From the IMG/VR virus record IMGVR_UViG_3300050120_000361, positions 144,539-208,538 of that record: a stretch of DNA of 64,000 nt, one strand, 5' to 3'. Positions 19,551-29,403 of this stretch are shown here, piece after piece; the stretch's first letter is position 1, and every line of letters begins with the position of its first letter. The position numbers and the translations under genes were made by a program. Under the pieces are notes generated by a model. That model made no database searches and was not told where the DNA came from. It saw nothing but the letters and a program-made list of their open reading frames with translations.

Positions 19551-22500
19551 ATGAAATCAGCCGCCCTTGAGCAACCAACGCAAGTAGACATGGGCTTCTC
19601 GTCCATGGTTAACATGCTTGCTCAAATGGGCAAGGAGGAGAGGCAGCAGAGCGGAGTGCTTGGTTCAATACTTGAACGCGCCACGGAAATCAAGGTTTCC
19701 GTAACGGATGCGTTCAAGTCTTTCTCATTCGACAGGACTCAAAAATTCAACGTTTACCAAAACATTCAGACAGCCCAGCACAAGACAAACAACTGGCTTG
19801 AGGCGCTCTTCATAGAATTGCTTTCGATACGCAAGCACGTCGTTGGCATAGAGTCCGGACAGGAGGGCATGAAGCCCAAGGCAGAAAAGATGCAGAGCGG
19901 CAGACCCCTCGACTACACCGAAACCTTCAAGAAATCAAACGACCATCTCTCGGCAATATCCGCAAACACCAAGTCAGCGCTCAAATTCCTTGAGGGAATA
20001 GCCAATGGCAAAAAGGTCGAGGCTCCCAAGGCCGGACACAAGGTTGGGGAGGAAGAGGATGAGGGCTTCCACGACACCAAAAAGAAGGTGAAGGGTTTCT
20101 TCAATGTGGCCGAGTTCGCCAAATCAATTGCGATACTGAACGCGAACATAACCAAGAAAATGATAAGCGGGCTCGGAGCGTTCGAAAAGGCCTACGCGAG
20201 CCTTCTGGAAATGCCTGAAAAGAAGATGAAGACATTCACTGATGGGACTACCAAGTTCGGTTCAGTAATGGAGAAACTCTCCAAACAGATAAAGCCCGCC
20301 GCGATAACAATAGGCGTGCTTTCCGCTGCGTTTGTAGCTTTGAGCCTGTCTGTGACCAATCCGATATTCATTGTCGGTATGGCAACAATAGGCCTGTTCG
20401 TCACGCTCGTAAAAAGGTACGGCGGCGACAAGGACGCGGACAGGGGAATGCTGAAATTCGCTGAAGGCATAGGGATACTAACGCTTGCAATGGGCCTGAT
20501 GCGCTTTGTGCAATGGGAGTCCGGTGCCAAGATGCTGGTATTCATTGCTGGACTCGGTCTGGCTATGAAGCTCTACATGAAACCCGCGGAGACTTCGGGA
20601 ATGTTCAAGTTCGCGATGGGTATAGGCATCCTTACGGTTGCCATGGCCCTGATGAATTTCGTGGACTGGTCCTCAGGGGCCAAGATGCTGATATTCATTG
20701 GCGGTCTCGGACTGGCTTTGCGGACCTTCAGCGGTTCCGGCGCGAACGGCGGGCTCGGCAAGCAGTTGCTAGCTTTCGGTGAGGGGCTCGGCATAATGGT
20801 TCTCGCGCTCGTTGCTTTCAACTACATAAACTTCACTTCGGTCCTGAAGATGATAACCTTCGTGGCGGGGCTCGGACTCGCCCTCAAGCTGTTCGGAGAA
20901 GACAAGGGCGGCCTAAAATCCCCACTGCTCTCGTTTGCGTTCGGCATTGGATTGATGGTTCTTGGGCTGCTCGCGTTCGCTGAGATACCGCTCACGGCCA
21001 TAATGAAGATGCTTACGTTCATTGGCCTATTGGGCCTTGAGCTCAAGCTTTTCTCCAACGGGGACGGCAAGTCGCCGATGCTTCAATTCGCAATGGGTTT
21101 GGGCATAATGGTTCTCGCCATGTATGCCATGAATGAGCTTCCGTGGGAGGCTCTCGGAAAGACTTTGCTGTTCCTGGGCGGTCTCGGACTGGTTATGAAG
21201 CTGTTCGAAGGCGGCTCGGGCGCCGATTTCCTTATGATGGCAGGCGGCATACTGGTAATAGCCGGAGCCCTTTGGGTCTTCAAGAAGATAGGCTGGACCA
21301 TGGCGGACGCCCTGATACTTGGCGGCACGATAACCATACTCGGAGTGATAGTGGCCGCTGCAGGAGCCCTAGCTGAGGTGATAGTCCCTGGAGCCATTTC
21401 AATGGTGGCTATGGGTGTTTCACTCGCGCTGTTCGCGCTCAGCCTGTGGGCAATATCCAAGCTTACGATAGACTACGAGTCTATAGCCAAATTCGGGGTG
21501 GCCGCTCTCGGCCTTACCACGATGATGGCCCTGATAGCTCCGCTAGCCGCTTTGGGCGCGATAGGCGCTGTCCTGTTCCTGCCGATAGCCGCCGCAGCCC
21601 TTCTGGGTGCCGGCTCACTTATGCTAATATCCAAAGTACGGAATTATGATACGAAAAACTTTGCAGACGCGGTATTCGACCTCACATGGGGCTTTACCAA
21701 AATTGCTCCATTCGCTGCTCTTGGTGTCATTGGGGCTACTCTTTTTCTACCAATTGCAGCAAGCGCTCTCCTTGGAGCGGCAGCGCTCAAAGCAATATCG
21801 CTACTCGCTTTCGACCAAAAGGCAATCACAGCCTACGGGGTTGGCGTCAACTCACTGATCGGAGCCCTGGACAACCTGGGCATAATACAGGTCACTCGGA
21901 CCGCGGCCAAGTCGGTGCTGCTGCTGCCAATATTCGCCGCGGCGACATTGGGAGCGCTCGCGCTTAAGGCAATGTCTGAAATGGACCTGAATGAGGGAAA
22001 GGTGAACCTGGCGGCCAAGCTAATAGACAGCTTCTCATCATCGATGATTTACACCATACTCAGGAACAAGGACAGGTTCGAGAAGGCGATGCCGGGAATA
22101 AACGCATTGGCCAAGCTTATGGGAATATCCTCGGACGTCGCCAAGGCGATAGGCATGATGGCCAACATGGAGTTCGTTGAGCATGGGGTCAGGAACGGGA
22201 AGCTGTACATCAAGTCCGTGCGCAAGCTGAACCCCGCGGACATGAAGCGGGTGGGGGAGAACCTGGCCGTAATGCTCCAATGCCTTATCGAGCCTTTGAC
22301 CATTCTCGGCTCTGACACGGCAACGTTCAACATAGGCGGCAGGAAGATAGCCAACCCGTTCAAGAACCCAAGCGCGCTAAAGGGGATAGACATGCTGTCC
22401 AGGGTTGGCGGTGCTTTCAAGCCATTAATGGACTCAATATCCGAGTACGCGAACCTGCCGCTCGCGTCAGACCCTAAGAAGCTTCAGCTGTTCACACAAA

Positions 22501-23165
22501 GTCTGATGTCGGTCATAAATACCATTATATGGGCGATAGACCGCGCGGCTACGATTAAGCAGGACATAGCTTCCAAGTCCATAACAACAATATCCAGGTT
22601 CGTAAGCTCAATGAAGGACCTTAACGTGGACAGGTTCAACGGCATAAACTCTGCGGTTGAGAAGTTCCTTGGCAACCTTGCGGATGACGTCAAGTGGAAG
22701 AAGATAGCCAGCAACATGAACATGCTCCAGCAGCAGTTCAAGGGTATAGCGTCCTCGATAAACTCCATAGACATGGGCAAGGCCACAATGTTCGAGAAGA
22801 ACGTGCGCAACCTGCTGGACAAGAACGCAGGCGAGAACCTCACCCTTGTGGTTCAGGAGCTCAAGGAGTTGTTCGGACTTGTTTCGGGGCAGTACAAGGC
22901 CCAGGCCGATGCTGCCCAGGCGCCAGCCAGAGACGACAAGAAGGACAATTCAATATCCTTCGGCTTCAACAACGGCCCACAGGACAAGAAGGCCGCTAAG
23001 GCCGTAGGGAAGCCCACTGAGCACGAGGAGATGACAGAGCTTATGAACCAAATAGGGATGGCGCTCGCGGCCATAGTTCAGCAGCTGACCGGCGTCAACG
23101 ACAAACTCGCTGGCAAGTTGAAGGTTGTGACCACAACTGGAACGGCCAACAGCTTTTTACCGTAA
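19551..23165 (+). CDS. tape measure protein
   Basis: 1204 aa, helical, central hydrophobic ~52-aa repeats ('M.KFA.G.GI...AM......W.S..KML.FI.GLGLA.K.F'); downstream of tube and chaperone genes. Confidence 0.8.
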   Translation: MKSAALEQPTQVDMGFSSMVNMLAQMGKEERQQSGVLGSILERATEIKVSVTDAFKSFSFDRTQKFNVYQNIQTAQHKTNNWLEALFIELLSIRKHVVGIESGQEGMKPKAEKMQSGRPLDYTETFKKSNDHLSAISANTKSALKFLEGIANGKKVEAPKAGHKVGEEEDEGFHDTKKKVKGFFNVAEFAKSIAILNANITKKMISGLGAFEKAYASLLEMPEKKMKTFTDGTTKFGSVMEKLSKQIKPAAITIGVLSAAFVALSLSVTNPIFIVGMATIGLFVTLVKRYGGDKDADRGMLKFAEGIGILTLAMGLMRFVQWESGAKMLVFIAGLGLAMKLYMKPAETSGMFKFAMGIGILTVAMALMNFVDWSSGAKMLIFIGGLGLALRTFSGSGANGGLGKQLLAFGEGLGIMVLALVAFNYINFTSVLKMITFVAGLGLALKLFGEDKGGLKSPLLSFAFGIGLMVLGLLAFAEIPLTAIMKMLTFIGLLGLELKLFSNGDGKSPMLQFAMGLGIMVLAMYAMNELPWEALGKTLLFLGGLGLVMKLFEGGSGADFLMMAGGILVIAGALWVFKKIGWTMADALILGGTITILGVIVAAAGALAEVIVPGAISMVAMGVSLALFALSLWAISKLTIDYESIAKFGVAALGLTTMMALIAPLAALGAIGAVLFLPIAAAALLGAGSLMLISKVRNYDTKNFADAVFDLTWGFTKIAPFAALGVIGATLFLPIAASALLGAAALKAISLLAFDQKAITAYGVGVNSLIGALDNLGIIQVTRTAAKSVLLLPIFAAATLGALALKAMSEMDLNEGKVNLAAKLIDSFSSSMIYTILRNKDRFEKAMPGINALAKLMGISSDVAKAIGMMANMEFVEHGVRNGKLYIKSVRKLNPADMKRVGENLAVMLQCLIEPLTILGSDTATFNIGGRKIANPFKNPSALKGIDMLSRVGGAFKPLMDSISEYANLPLASDPKKLQLFTQSLMSVINTIIWAIDRAATIKQDIASKSITTISRFVSSMKDLNVDRFNGINSAVEKFLGNLADDVKWKKIASNMNMLQQQFKGIASSINSIDMGKATMFEKNVRNLLDKNAGENLTLVVQELKELFGLVSGQYKAQADAAQAPARDDKKDNSISFGFNNGPQDKKAAKAVGKPTEHEEMTELMNQIGMALAAIVQQLTGVNDKLAGKLKVVTTTGTANSFLP

Positions 23166-23177
23166 CACTGTCGCGGG

Positions 23178-23420
23178 GTAAATACAATCAAGGGTATCGC
23201 AAAATGCCAATATATCAAGTTAAAATGAACAAAGCCATGTAAGCATGACGTACCTTGCCACAAGCGAATAGCAGTCAGTTGTAGCTACCTGTTGCATATC
23301 GTATTTGGGCATAAGTTCGAGGAATAGAGACGGCCTGTAAGCCATTGAACCTGGGAACGAGAAGTCATCATTGGAGTGCGTGCATTACTGCAGTTATTAA
23401 CAATTTAACCCATTAACCAA
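23178..23420 (+). ncRNA. candidate structured RNA / long 5' leader
   Basis: One of the longest + strand gaps; starts at a GTAAATA promoter-like motif; several nested stems (GGTAT/ATGCC, CATG/CATG, GCAGTCAG/CTGTTGC, GTTCGA/TTGAAC, GGC/GCC). Confidence 0.35.
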
Positions 23421-24914
23421 ATGGCAATTACAAGAAAAGACTACGTCCTCAAAGTGACGGAGCAAATGGCCGAGAACGCTAAGGCGGTTCTTTCCGGACA
23501 CGGACTGAAATCGCAGTTCATCAACCTTATTAGCAAGCGCCCGGACATCATCGCCAAATTGGCCGTGTTGGCCTGGTCATCAAAGACCGCGTCTAAAGGC
23601 GGCAAGGCTCTTCAGAAGAAGAACAACTTCAAAATCACGGCTTACGCCAACTTCGCGAACTTCAACTTCGGCGCGCGCCAGGACGTTGAAAAATTCATGG
23701 AGAAACTCACGCCGGCCGACCAGGCTTCATTCAGCAATGATGAGAACATTTTGACCATTCTCGCAATGGGCGACACCCCTGTGGGCATTGATTTGGAGGC
23801 GGACATCGTTAACGGCAAATCCGTTGCGCTGCCTTTCGCCAAGTCTGTTATGAAACAGTACAAATTCGGTACTGGGGCTTACATCGTGGTTATGTTCGGC
23901 GACTCTTGGCTCCAGCCAAAAGAGGAGAAAACGGCGAAATCAAAAGCAAAGGTTAACAGCCGCCTACAGGCCCGCCGTTCACCCGCCAAGGTTCGCGCCG
24001 AACTCGTTAGCAAGGCGAACGCCAAAAAGGCCGATTTGAAGAGCGATGCCATCAAATTGAAGAACGCCGCCGCCAAGCACGAAGGCGCCCTGCAGCAGTT
24101 CAACAACCTCGCGGCAACTGTTGGCGCTCCTGAAGGCGCCTCAGCAAAAGAGGCATTGGCAGCAATCAAGGCCTACAACACGACAAACAAGAAATTGATT
24201 GCCGGTCTGAGCTCTGACAATCTTCGCCAATACAACAAGGCTGCACGCCTCTACATGGGCGGCGAGAAAGCGAAAGCCAATTCGATACTTGCGAAAATCG
24301 GCATTCCCGAGCTTACTGACCTGGTTCGCGGCGGAAACAACGTAAGCACAGACAAAATCGTTGCTGCCCGCAAGAAGGCATTGACCGCCAAAATCAAGGA
24401 AATTAGCGCCGCAAATGAGGAGCTGCTTGTTAAGGTTGCTGAGTCAACCAACAGCAAGTACAAGGCGGACACCAACTTCAAGATCCGTGCCAATGTGGCA
24501 AAGATTAAGGAGCTTCGCGCGCGCATTGCATCTTTCAGCGAATTGACAACAATCGGCGCCGTTAAGAACAAGGCTTCATTGCTCTCTAAGGCGAACGCGC
24601 TTATTGCTGCTAATTTGAAGGCCGGACAGTCTGTGCAGGCAGCGCTGCAGAACGCGCTTTCTAAACTTCCGGTTGACGACGACACTAAGGAGCAGATACG
24701 CCAGCAGGTCATTGAGGGCGTTGCCCAGCAAGTGCCCATGCAGTACGCGGTCCAGCAGGCGATACAGAACGTTGACCTACAGGCCGACGATGAGGTGGAA
24801 GCGGCCGAGGAGGAAATGGAAGATGATTTGGGATTGGATGACGATCTTGAACTGTCTGACGACACCTCACTGGCAGGCAGCAAGTCTATTCAGGACATTC
24901 TTGCAAACCTCTAA
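23421..24914 (+). CDS. Lys/Ala-rich basic protein with acidic C-tail, probably highly expressed (putative nucleic-acid binding)
   Basis: Capsid-like codon bias (ATC/ATT, CGC rather than ATA/AGG); tail 'EEEMEDDLGLDDDL...IQDILANL'. Confidence 0.7.
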   Translation: MAITRKDYVLKVTEQMAENAKAVLSGHGLKSQFINLISKRPDIIAKLAVLAWSSKTASKGGKALQKKNNFKITAYANFANFNFGARQDVEKFMEKLTPADQASFSNDENILTILAMGDTPVGIDLEADIVNGKSVALPFAKSVMKQYKFGTGAYIVVMFGDSWLQPKEEKTAKSKAKVNSRLQARRSPAKVRAELVSKANAKKADLKSDAIKLKNAAAKHEGALQQFNNLAATVGAPEGASAKEALAAIKAYNTTNKKLIAGLSSDNLRQYNKAARLYMGGEKAKANSILAKIGIPELTDLVRGGNNVSTDKIVAARKKALTAKIKEISAANEELLVKVAESTNSKYKADTNFKIRANVAKIKELRARIASFSELTTIGAVKNKASLLSKANALIAANLKAGQSVQAALQNALSKLPVDDDTKEQIRQQVIEGVAQQVPMQYAVQQAIQNVDLQADDEVEAAEEEMEDDLGLDDDLELSDDTSLAGSKSIQDILANL

Positions 24915-24944
24915 CGGCATTAAATTGGTTTAGTTTAATTAGTT

Positions 24945-24992
24945 CCAGCATTCAGAATGCCCCGTCGCCGAAAGGTGTCGGGGCTTTGCTGG
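24945..24992 (+). terminator. long GAAA-tetraloop stem-loop
   Basis: CCAGCA..GCCCCGTCGCC-GAAA-GGTGTCGGGGC..TGCTGG; no classical U-tract. Confidence 0.55.
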
Positions 24993-25009
24993 TAAAAAGC
25001 GGTTTCTAA

Positions 25010-25861
25010 ATGGCGATAAAACTTAGCAATGTATGGGAAAACCTCGACTCGTTAATAATGTGGATGGTCGACGATGCGCAGAAGGCCCGGTACAAAAAGA
25101 TATATGATACCAAGACCGGTAAGCTGCTCATAAGCGAGATAGACTTTCTGAAGACAGTTTGTCAGGACTTCGTTGATGTTGTAACCTTCAGGTTCCTGTT
25201 CGACTACCCAACGAACGTTAAGAAGGGAATACTTGAAGCCATAAGGTCTGACATGGACCTTGTGGTTAACAAGCTAATGGTTGACCTGTACGGCCAGCTG
25301 AACGTGCACGACGTTAAGTTCCAGGGCGCCGATGAGGTTGAGGACATTGAAAGGTACCGTGAGCTTGACGGGCGCATAAGCGCCAACAGTTCCGCGCAGG
25401 AGGACATGCGGTGGATTAGGGATTGGGTCTTCGCCAGCATGGACGAAACCGACAAGCCCGACATAAACGCGCTTGAGGCCATTTACCGCAAATGGCTAAG
25501 AGTGACCGGGTACAGCAACGACTACGCCATGGTATCGCCCGGCGAAATGCTGCTTGAGCTCGAGCAGGCCAATGAGCCCATAGTGTCGCTTCAGGACCAG
25601 GTAGAGCGCGCCGTCAACAAGAGCCAGGAAAAGTACAAGTGGCTTGAGGAGCAGATACCGCAGCTTAACGGATACACTGACGCGGAGGCCCTGTGGCTCA
25701 TGCAGCTAAAGGGTGAAATGTCCCAGGCCAACGAGGCCGAGCGGCGCGAACTTGACAGGATATGGGGCGCTTTCCTCGAAGATACGGACTACGTAAATAC
25801 AGCACAGAACCTGAGCATTGACGAGCTAATCGCCGTGCTCTCAACCAACGAAAAACAATGA
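25010..25861 (+). CDS. KLSN-domain family protein 4
   Basis: 'IKLSNVWENL...FLFDYPTNVKKGI'. Confidence 0.7.
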   Translation: MAIKLSNVWENLDSLIMWMVDDAQKARYKKIYDTKTGKLLISEIDFLKTVCQDFVDVVTFRFLFDYPTNVKKGILEAIRSDMDLVVNKLMVDLYGQLNVHDVKFQGADEVEDIERYRELDGRISANSSAQEDMRWIRDWVFASMDETDKPDINALEAIYRKWLRVTGYSNDYAMVSPGEMLLELEQANEPIVSLQDQVERAVNKSQEKYKWLEEQIPQLNGYTDAEALWLMQLKGEMSQANEAERRELDRIWGAFLEDTDYVNTAQNLSIDELIAVLSTNEKQ

Positions 25862-26526
25862 GCTTACAGCCAGGAACATCATCCCTTACGGCGCCGCAGC
25901 CGCAGGTTGCCCAATTGGAGCTAACCTTCGCGGGCCCGCTCGTAAAGGACTCGTACGTTTCCACCAAGAACGACCTCCCAAACCTTCCAGTGGCCACGAG
26001 CTATGAGCAGAAGATGGTATGGGTGAAGGCCGATAAGTCATGGTACTACATATCGAGCGGCGACGGTTCGCTGCTATCGCACTGGACGCTTCTCGTTGGC
26101 AGGATGACCATAGAGGCTTACGACCCCGCAAACTCCCAGGGGTATGCGGCGGGCGACACCGTATACCAGAACGGAATAATCTACAAGGCCGTACAGGACG
26201 CGCCGCAGGGCATTGCCCCGCAGAACGGCGCATACTGGCTGATAATAGCGGGCGACGGCGTGGCGTACCGCTTCGTGTTCCAGAACGTGTCGTCCTTCGC
26301 CGTGGTTACGCCCGTAAAGAACCCGCTGTTCGAGACTATAATAGGCGACATACAGATGTCCGGTTCAGACTTCGTGATAGGCGACGACGGAATGGTGGAG
26401 ATACTCAACCAGGAGATAGTGCAGGCATTCGTGCAGAAGGACGACTCTGAAACCGGAAAGTACAACGTGTACTTCGAGACTAACGGAACGCCATTCGCTA
26501 TGAGCGGCGCCATCAATGTGAAATAA
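25858..26526 (+). CDS. virion protein with CBM5/12-like carbohydrate-binding module
   Basis: 'YAAGDTVYQNGIIYKA...APQNGAYW' is a typical CBM5/12-like pattern; N-domain similar to that of the 28347 gene. Confidence 0.6.
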   Translation: MSLQPGTSSLTAPQPQVAQLELTFAGPLVKDSYVSTKNDLPNLPVATSYEQKMVWVKADKSWYYISSGDGSLLSHWTLLVGRMTIEAYDPANSQGYAAGDTVYQNGIIYKAVQDAPQGIAPQNGAYWLIIAGDGVAYRFVFQNVSSFAVVTPVKNPLFETIIGDIQMSGSDFVIGDDGMVEILNQEIVQAFVQKDDSETGKYNVYFETNGTPFAMSGAINVK

Positions 26527-26601
26527 TACGGCACGTCCTAACATTGCCGCTGTTTCAGGATATAGATAACATCGATAACACACCAATAACAGATAGATGA
26601 C

Positions 26602-27312
26602 ATGGGCGTAAAAGCACAACCACCACAGACGGGCACTCTCAAACTCTCCAATATATGGCAGAACCTCAGGCAGCTGATAACAGCGGCCAAGAAGACCGAT
26701 GTCAAGATGCACTTAAAGCTGCTTGACGGCGCCACGTTCGATAACATGAAGCGTCCCGAGTACCAGGCATTCGTGCTGAATACCGCGATTGACCTTTTCA
26801 TGCTCAGGCCGGGACTGTTCGGATACACGCTGAACGAGATTGAGATTGTCACCGCTGGCGTAAGGGCCAACAGGCCCAAAACAGTTGCCGACATGAAGCG
26901 AAGGCTCGACGGCCAGTACAACGACAATGGGGTGTTCTTCGGCGAGCAGCCGAAGTTCACGTGGAGGCGCGGCCCAAGGATAGCCGACCAGTCAGCGAGC
27001 TTTCCGCCCGAGCGCAGGCCGTACAACTGCTACATAGAGAGCCTGCCCGGATACCACTTCACCAAGGACGGCTTCATAGGCGGGTTGTTAAACCACGGCT
27101 GGGGCTTCACGAACGTGGGGAACGAGTGGTACAGCTCCATAGACGCATCGCCAAAGAGCATATCGTTCGCCAGGATGTTCGAGTTCGGTGACGACAAGGA
27201 AGCCCGGAAGAACTTTGAAAAGCTCTTCGTGAGCATAATATACGGCTGGAAGTTCCCAGAGTTCAGGGAACAGATAATGGCCAAAAAATCACTAATATCA
27301 TTGAAACTGTAA
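26602..27312 (+). CDS. KLSN-domain family protein 5
   Basis: 'LKLSNIWQNL...GLFGYTLNE...ANRPK'; TATAGATA upstream. Confidence 0.7.
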   Translation: MGVKAQPPQTGTLKLSNIWQNLRQLITAAKKTDVKMHLKLLDGATFDNMKRPEYQAFVLNTAIDLFMLRPGLFGYTLNEIEIVTAGVRANRPKTVADMKRRLDGQYNDNGVFFGEQPKFTWRRGPRIADQSASFPPERRPYNCYIESLPGYHFTKDGFIGGLLNHGWGFTNVGNEWYSSIDASPKSISFARMFEFGDDKEARKNFEKLFVSIIYGWKFPEFREQIMAKKSLISLKL

Positions 27313-27316
27313 GGAT

Positions 27317-28342
27317 ATGAATTTAAGGAAATGGCTCCACGGCTTTAACATGATGGGCAACAAAATATCCAATGTGACTGTGGACGAGCCGACAATAGCC
27401 GCCCACCCCGTACCATTGGACTACCTGCAGGAGTCCCAGAACTACGACACTGCAGCGGCTATTGCACAGGGCGACTCGCCAGTTATGCCTTGGGCTAAGG
27501 GTCTTGGAAACCAGAGCCTTAAACCGCTTCTCGACAAGGTGCTGTTTCCCGTGGTGAACCCGGTATGGACCGAGCCGGTGTTCACGAGCGTTAAGCTTAC
27601 GGTTCTCGGCGAGTACTACACGCAATCGGACAAGCACCTTCTGATGACCTCGGTACAGAAGAGCATGCGCCTGGACTACACCATGGCCGTGAACGACAGG
27701 GTGTCGGGCGTTGTTGCGGTCCTCGTGGTCACAAAGGTTGGTGGCGCGCAGCAGTCATTCAACAGTACGACAACCAGCGACAGTAACGGAACGGTGAACT
27801 TCACGTTCGATTTCGAGAACATTCAGTCCATAGCGCTTACTAAGGTATGGCAGGCTTCATCCGCCGTGAAGAACGACAACTACGGGAACCCGTACAAGCC
27901 AGTGGAGTACAACTCTCCGTACACGTTGAGCTATGACGTCTGGGAGCTGATACAGGACAGGAATGTAGTAACGCCTCCGGTCATATACCTGAACATAGGC
28001 AACTCCGAGACAGGCTACGATACCGGCCTGTCATCGACCACGAACTACACCGACCTGCTATCATGGGCCAAGGACAAGCGCTTCTTCCTGCAGCCCGGAG
28101 ACTCCAACGCCTACACCATACTGATACCCACCGCCCTCCTGTCGAGCACGAAGCTTTACGGCATATTCAACGGGGAGAACATAGAGATAGGCGACGACAT
28201 GCTGGTGCCGGCGGCAAGCGGCCTGAAGACATTGACACTGAGCTACTTCGGCGCCCAAGTCCCATACACGGTATGCACGCTGGACTTTGGCTACTTCGCG
28301 GCGCAGACAAACCTTGACTTTCAATTCGTAGCATTAGGATAA
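27317..28342 (+). CDS. putative tail/fibre structural protein
   Basis: Beta-rich T/S/V composition; 'MMGNKISNV..P....HPV...Y' resembles fibre N-terminal motifs. Confidence 0.55.
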   Translation: MNLRKWLHGFNMMGNKISNVTVDEPTIAAHPVPLDYLQESQNYDTAAAIAQGDSPVMPWAKGLGNQSLKPLLDKVLFPVVNPVWTEPVFTSVKLTVLGEYYTQSDKHLLMTSVQKSMRLDYTMAVNDRVSGVVAVLVVTKVGGAQQSFNSTTTSDSNGTVNFTFDFENIQSIALTKVWQASSAVKNDNYGNPYKPVEYNSPYTLSYDVWELIQDRNVVTPPVIYLNIGNSETGYDTGLSSTTNYTDLLSWAKDKRFFLQPGDSNAYTILIPTALLSSTKLYGIFNGENIEIGDDMLVPAASGLKTLTLSYFGAQVPYTVCTLDFGYFAAQTNLDFQFVALG

Positions 28343-28346
28343 GACA

Positions 28347-29171
28347 ATGATAAAGAAGCAGACCAGAATAGTGTTCAGCAATATAAGGCTGAACCAGAAC
28401 AGGCCATACGACGACAGGGAGACAATCTCAAGCCTTGCAAACATAGCCACGGAGCTCCCGCTCGCAGAGAGGTATTCAGGACTGATGTTTTGGGTTACGG
28501 ACATATCGCAGCTATATTGGTTCGAGGCGGATGTCACAACACCCGTTAACTTCTTCGCATCGGCGACCTCCACGGTAATACTCGAAGTCACCCAGTCCGA
28601 CCAGGACTATTCGGGACTGGTTGCCGCCCTGAACTCAACGGGTCCGGAGACCGGAACAGTAATAAACGTTTACCCACTCGGCGTTGCCTTCGCCTTTGAC
28701 GGCACGAACTGGCAGTACGCCTACGGCACCTACACCGCCGACACCGATGCTGAAATACTAACGGTGCCTTCAGCGCTGCTTAGGCCTAACACCCGCGCCG
28801 TTTCCGGGGGAGCCGCCAAGGTTATAAACGACGCTCTCGGAATAAGCCCCATAGTGACCGTTACGGGCTCCGTTCCAGGCTCCTTCAACAGCGGTTACTA
28901 TCTGGTAAACGGCTCGCTTTACAGGGCAGTCGGAGGCTCCATATACCGCATAAACAACAAGACCTACATAAACGGCGCGTTTTCGGCGGGTGCCGGTATA
29001 ACGAATATTGCCCATAACCTCAACACACCCTATGTTCGCGGGATTATGTGGATAAGTACACTAAATGAACTCGTGCCGATTTCCCTGAAGTACGTGGACG
29101 CGAACACGTCCGCTCTCGACACGAGGGTAGCCGTTTCAGGCGTGACAGTAATAATTTTCGCGGAAAACTAA
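28347..29171 (+). CDS. putative virion structural protein
   Basis: 'PYDDRETI..L......RYSGLMFWV' N-domain; C-terminal 'IAHNLNT..V' motif common in phage tail/collar proteins. Confidence 0.55.
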   Translation: MIKKQTRIVFSNIRLNQNRPYDDRETISSLANIATELPLAERYSGLMFWVTDISQLYWFEADVTTPVNFFASATSTVILEVTQSDQDYSGLVAALNSTGPETGTVINVYPLGVAFAFDGTNWQYAYGTYTADTDAEILTVPSALLRPNTRAVSGGAAKVINDALGISPIVTVTGSVPGSFNSGYYLVNGSLYRAVGGSIYRINNKTYINGAFSAGAGITNIAHNLNTPYVRGIMWISTLNELVPISLKYVDANTSALDTRVAVSGVTVIIFAEN

Positions 29172-29187
29172 CTTAAAAACAGAAGCC

Positions 29188-29328
29188 ATGAGCAACGAAG
29201 AAAACAAAAACCAGCCGGAAGAGAAAGAAGAGATTGTGTCCCTCAACGAGGACAGCAAGTCCCACCAGCACGACGCAGCCTCCTACGAGAAGCTGATGAA
29301 TGAGCAGAAAGCCGAGCAGGCTAAATAA
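29188..29328 (+). CDS. small acidic protein, 46 aa (not in ORF track)
   Basis: MSNEENKNQPEEKEEIVSLNEDSKSHQHDAASYEKLMNEQKAEQAK; A-rich leader, followed by a terminator; LNED/MNEQ motifs. Confidence 0.6.
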   Translation: MSNEENKNQPEEKEEIVSLNEDSKSHQHDAASYEKLMNEQKAEQAK

Positions 29329-29354
29329 GGCAAACCCACCCCAATAAATCCAGG

Positions 29355-29382
29355 AAGGCGCCGCAGTGATGCGTCGCCTTTT
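29355..29382 (+). terminator. rho-independent terminator
   Basis: AAGGCG.CCGCA-GTGA-TGCG.TCGCCTT followed by TT. Confidence 0.55.
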
Positions 29383-29403
29383 GATGGTTAAAAACACCGC
29401 TGA

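Noticed and set aside
23295-23307. 13-nt complementarity (one G-U) between the 23.2-kb leader and the HNH start region at 52337-49, and weaker pairing to the capsid start
   Set aside because: Short, AT-rich and found by looking across many leaders; plausible by chance
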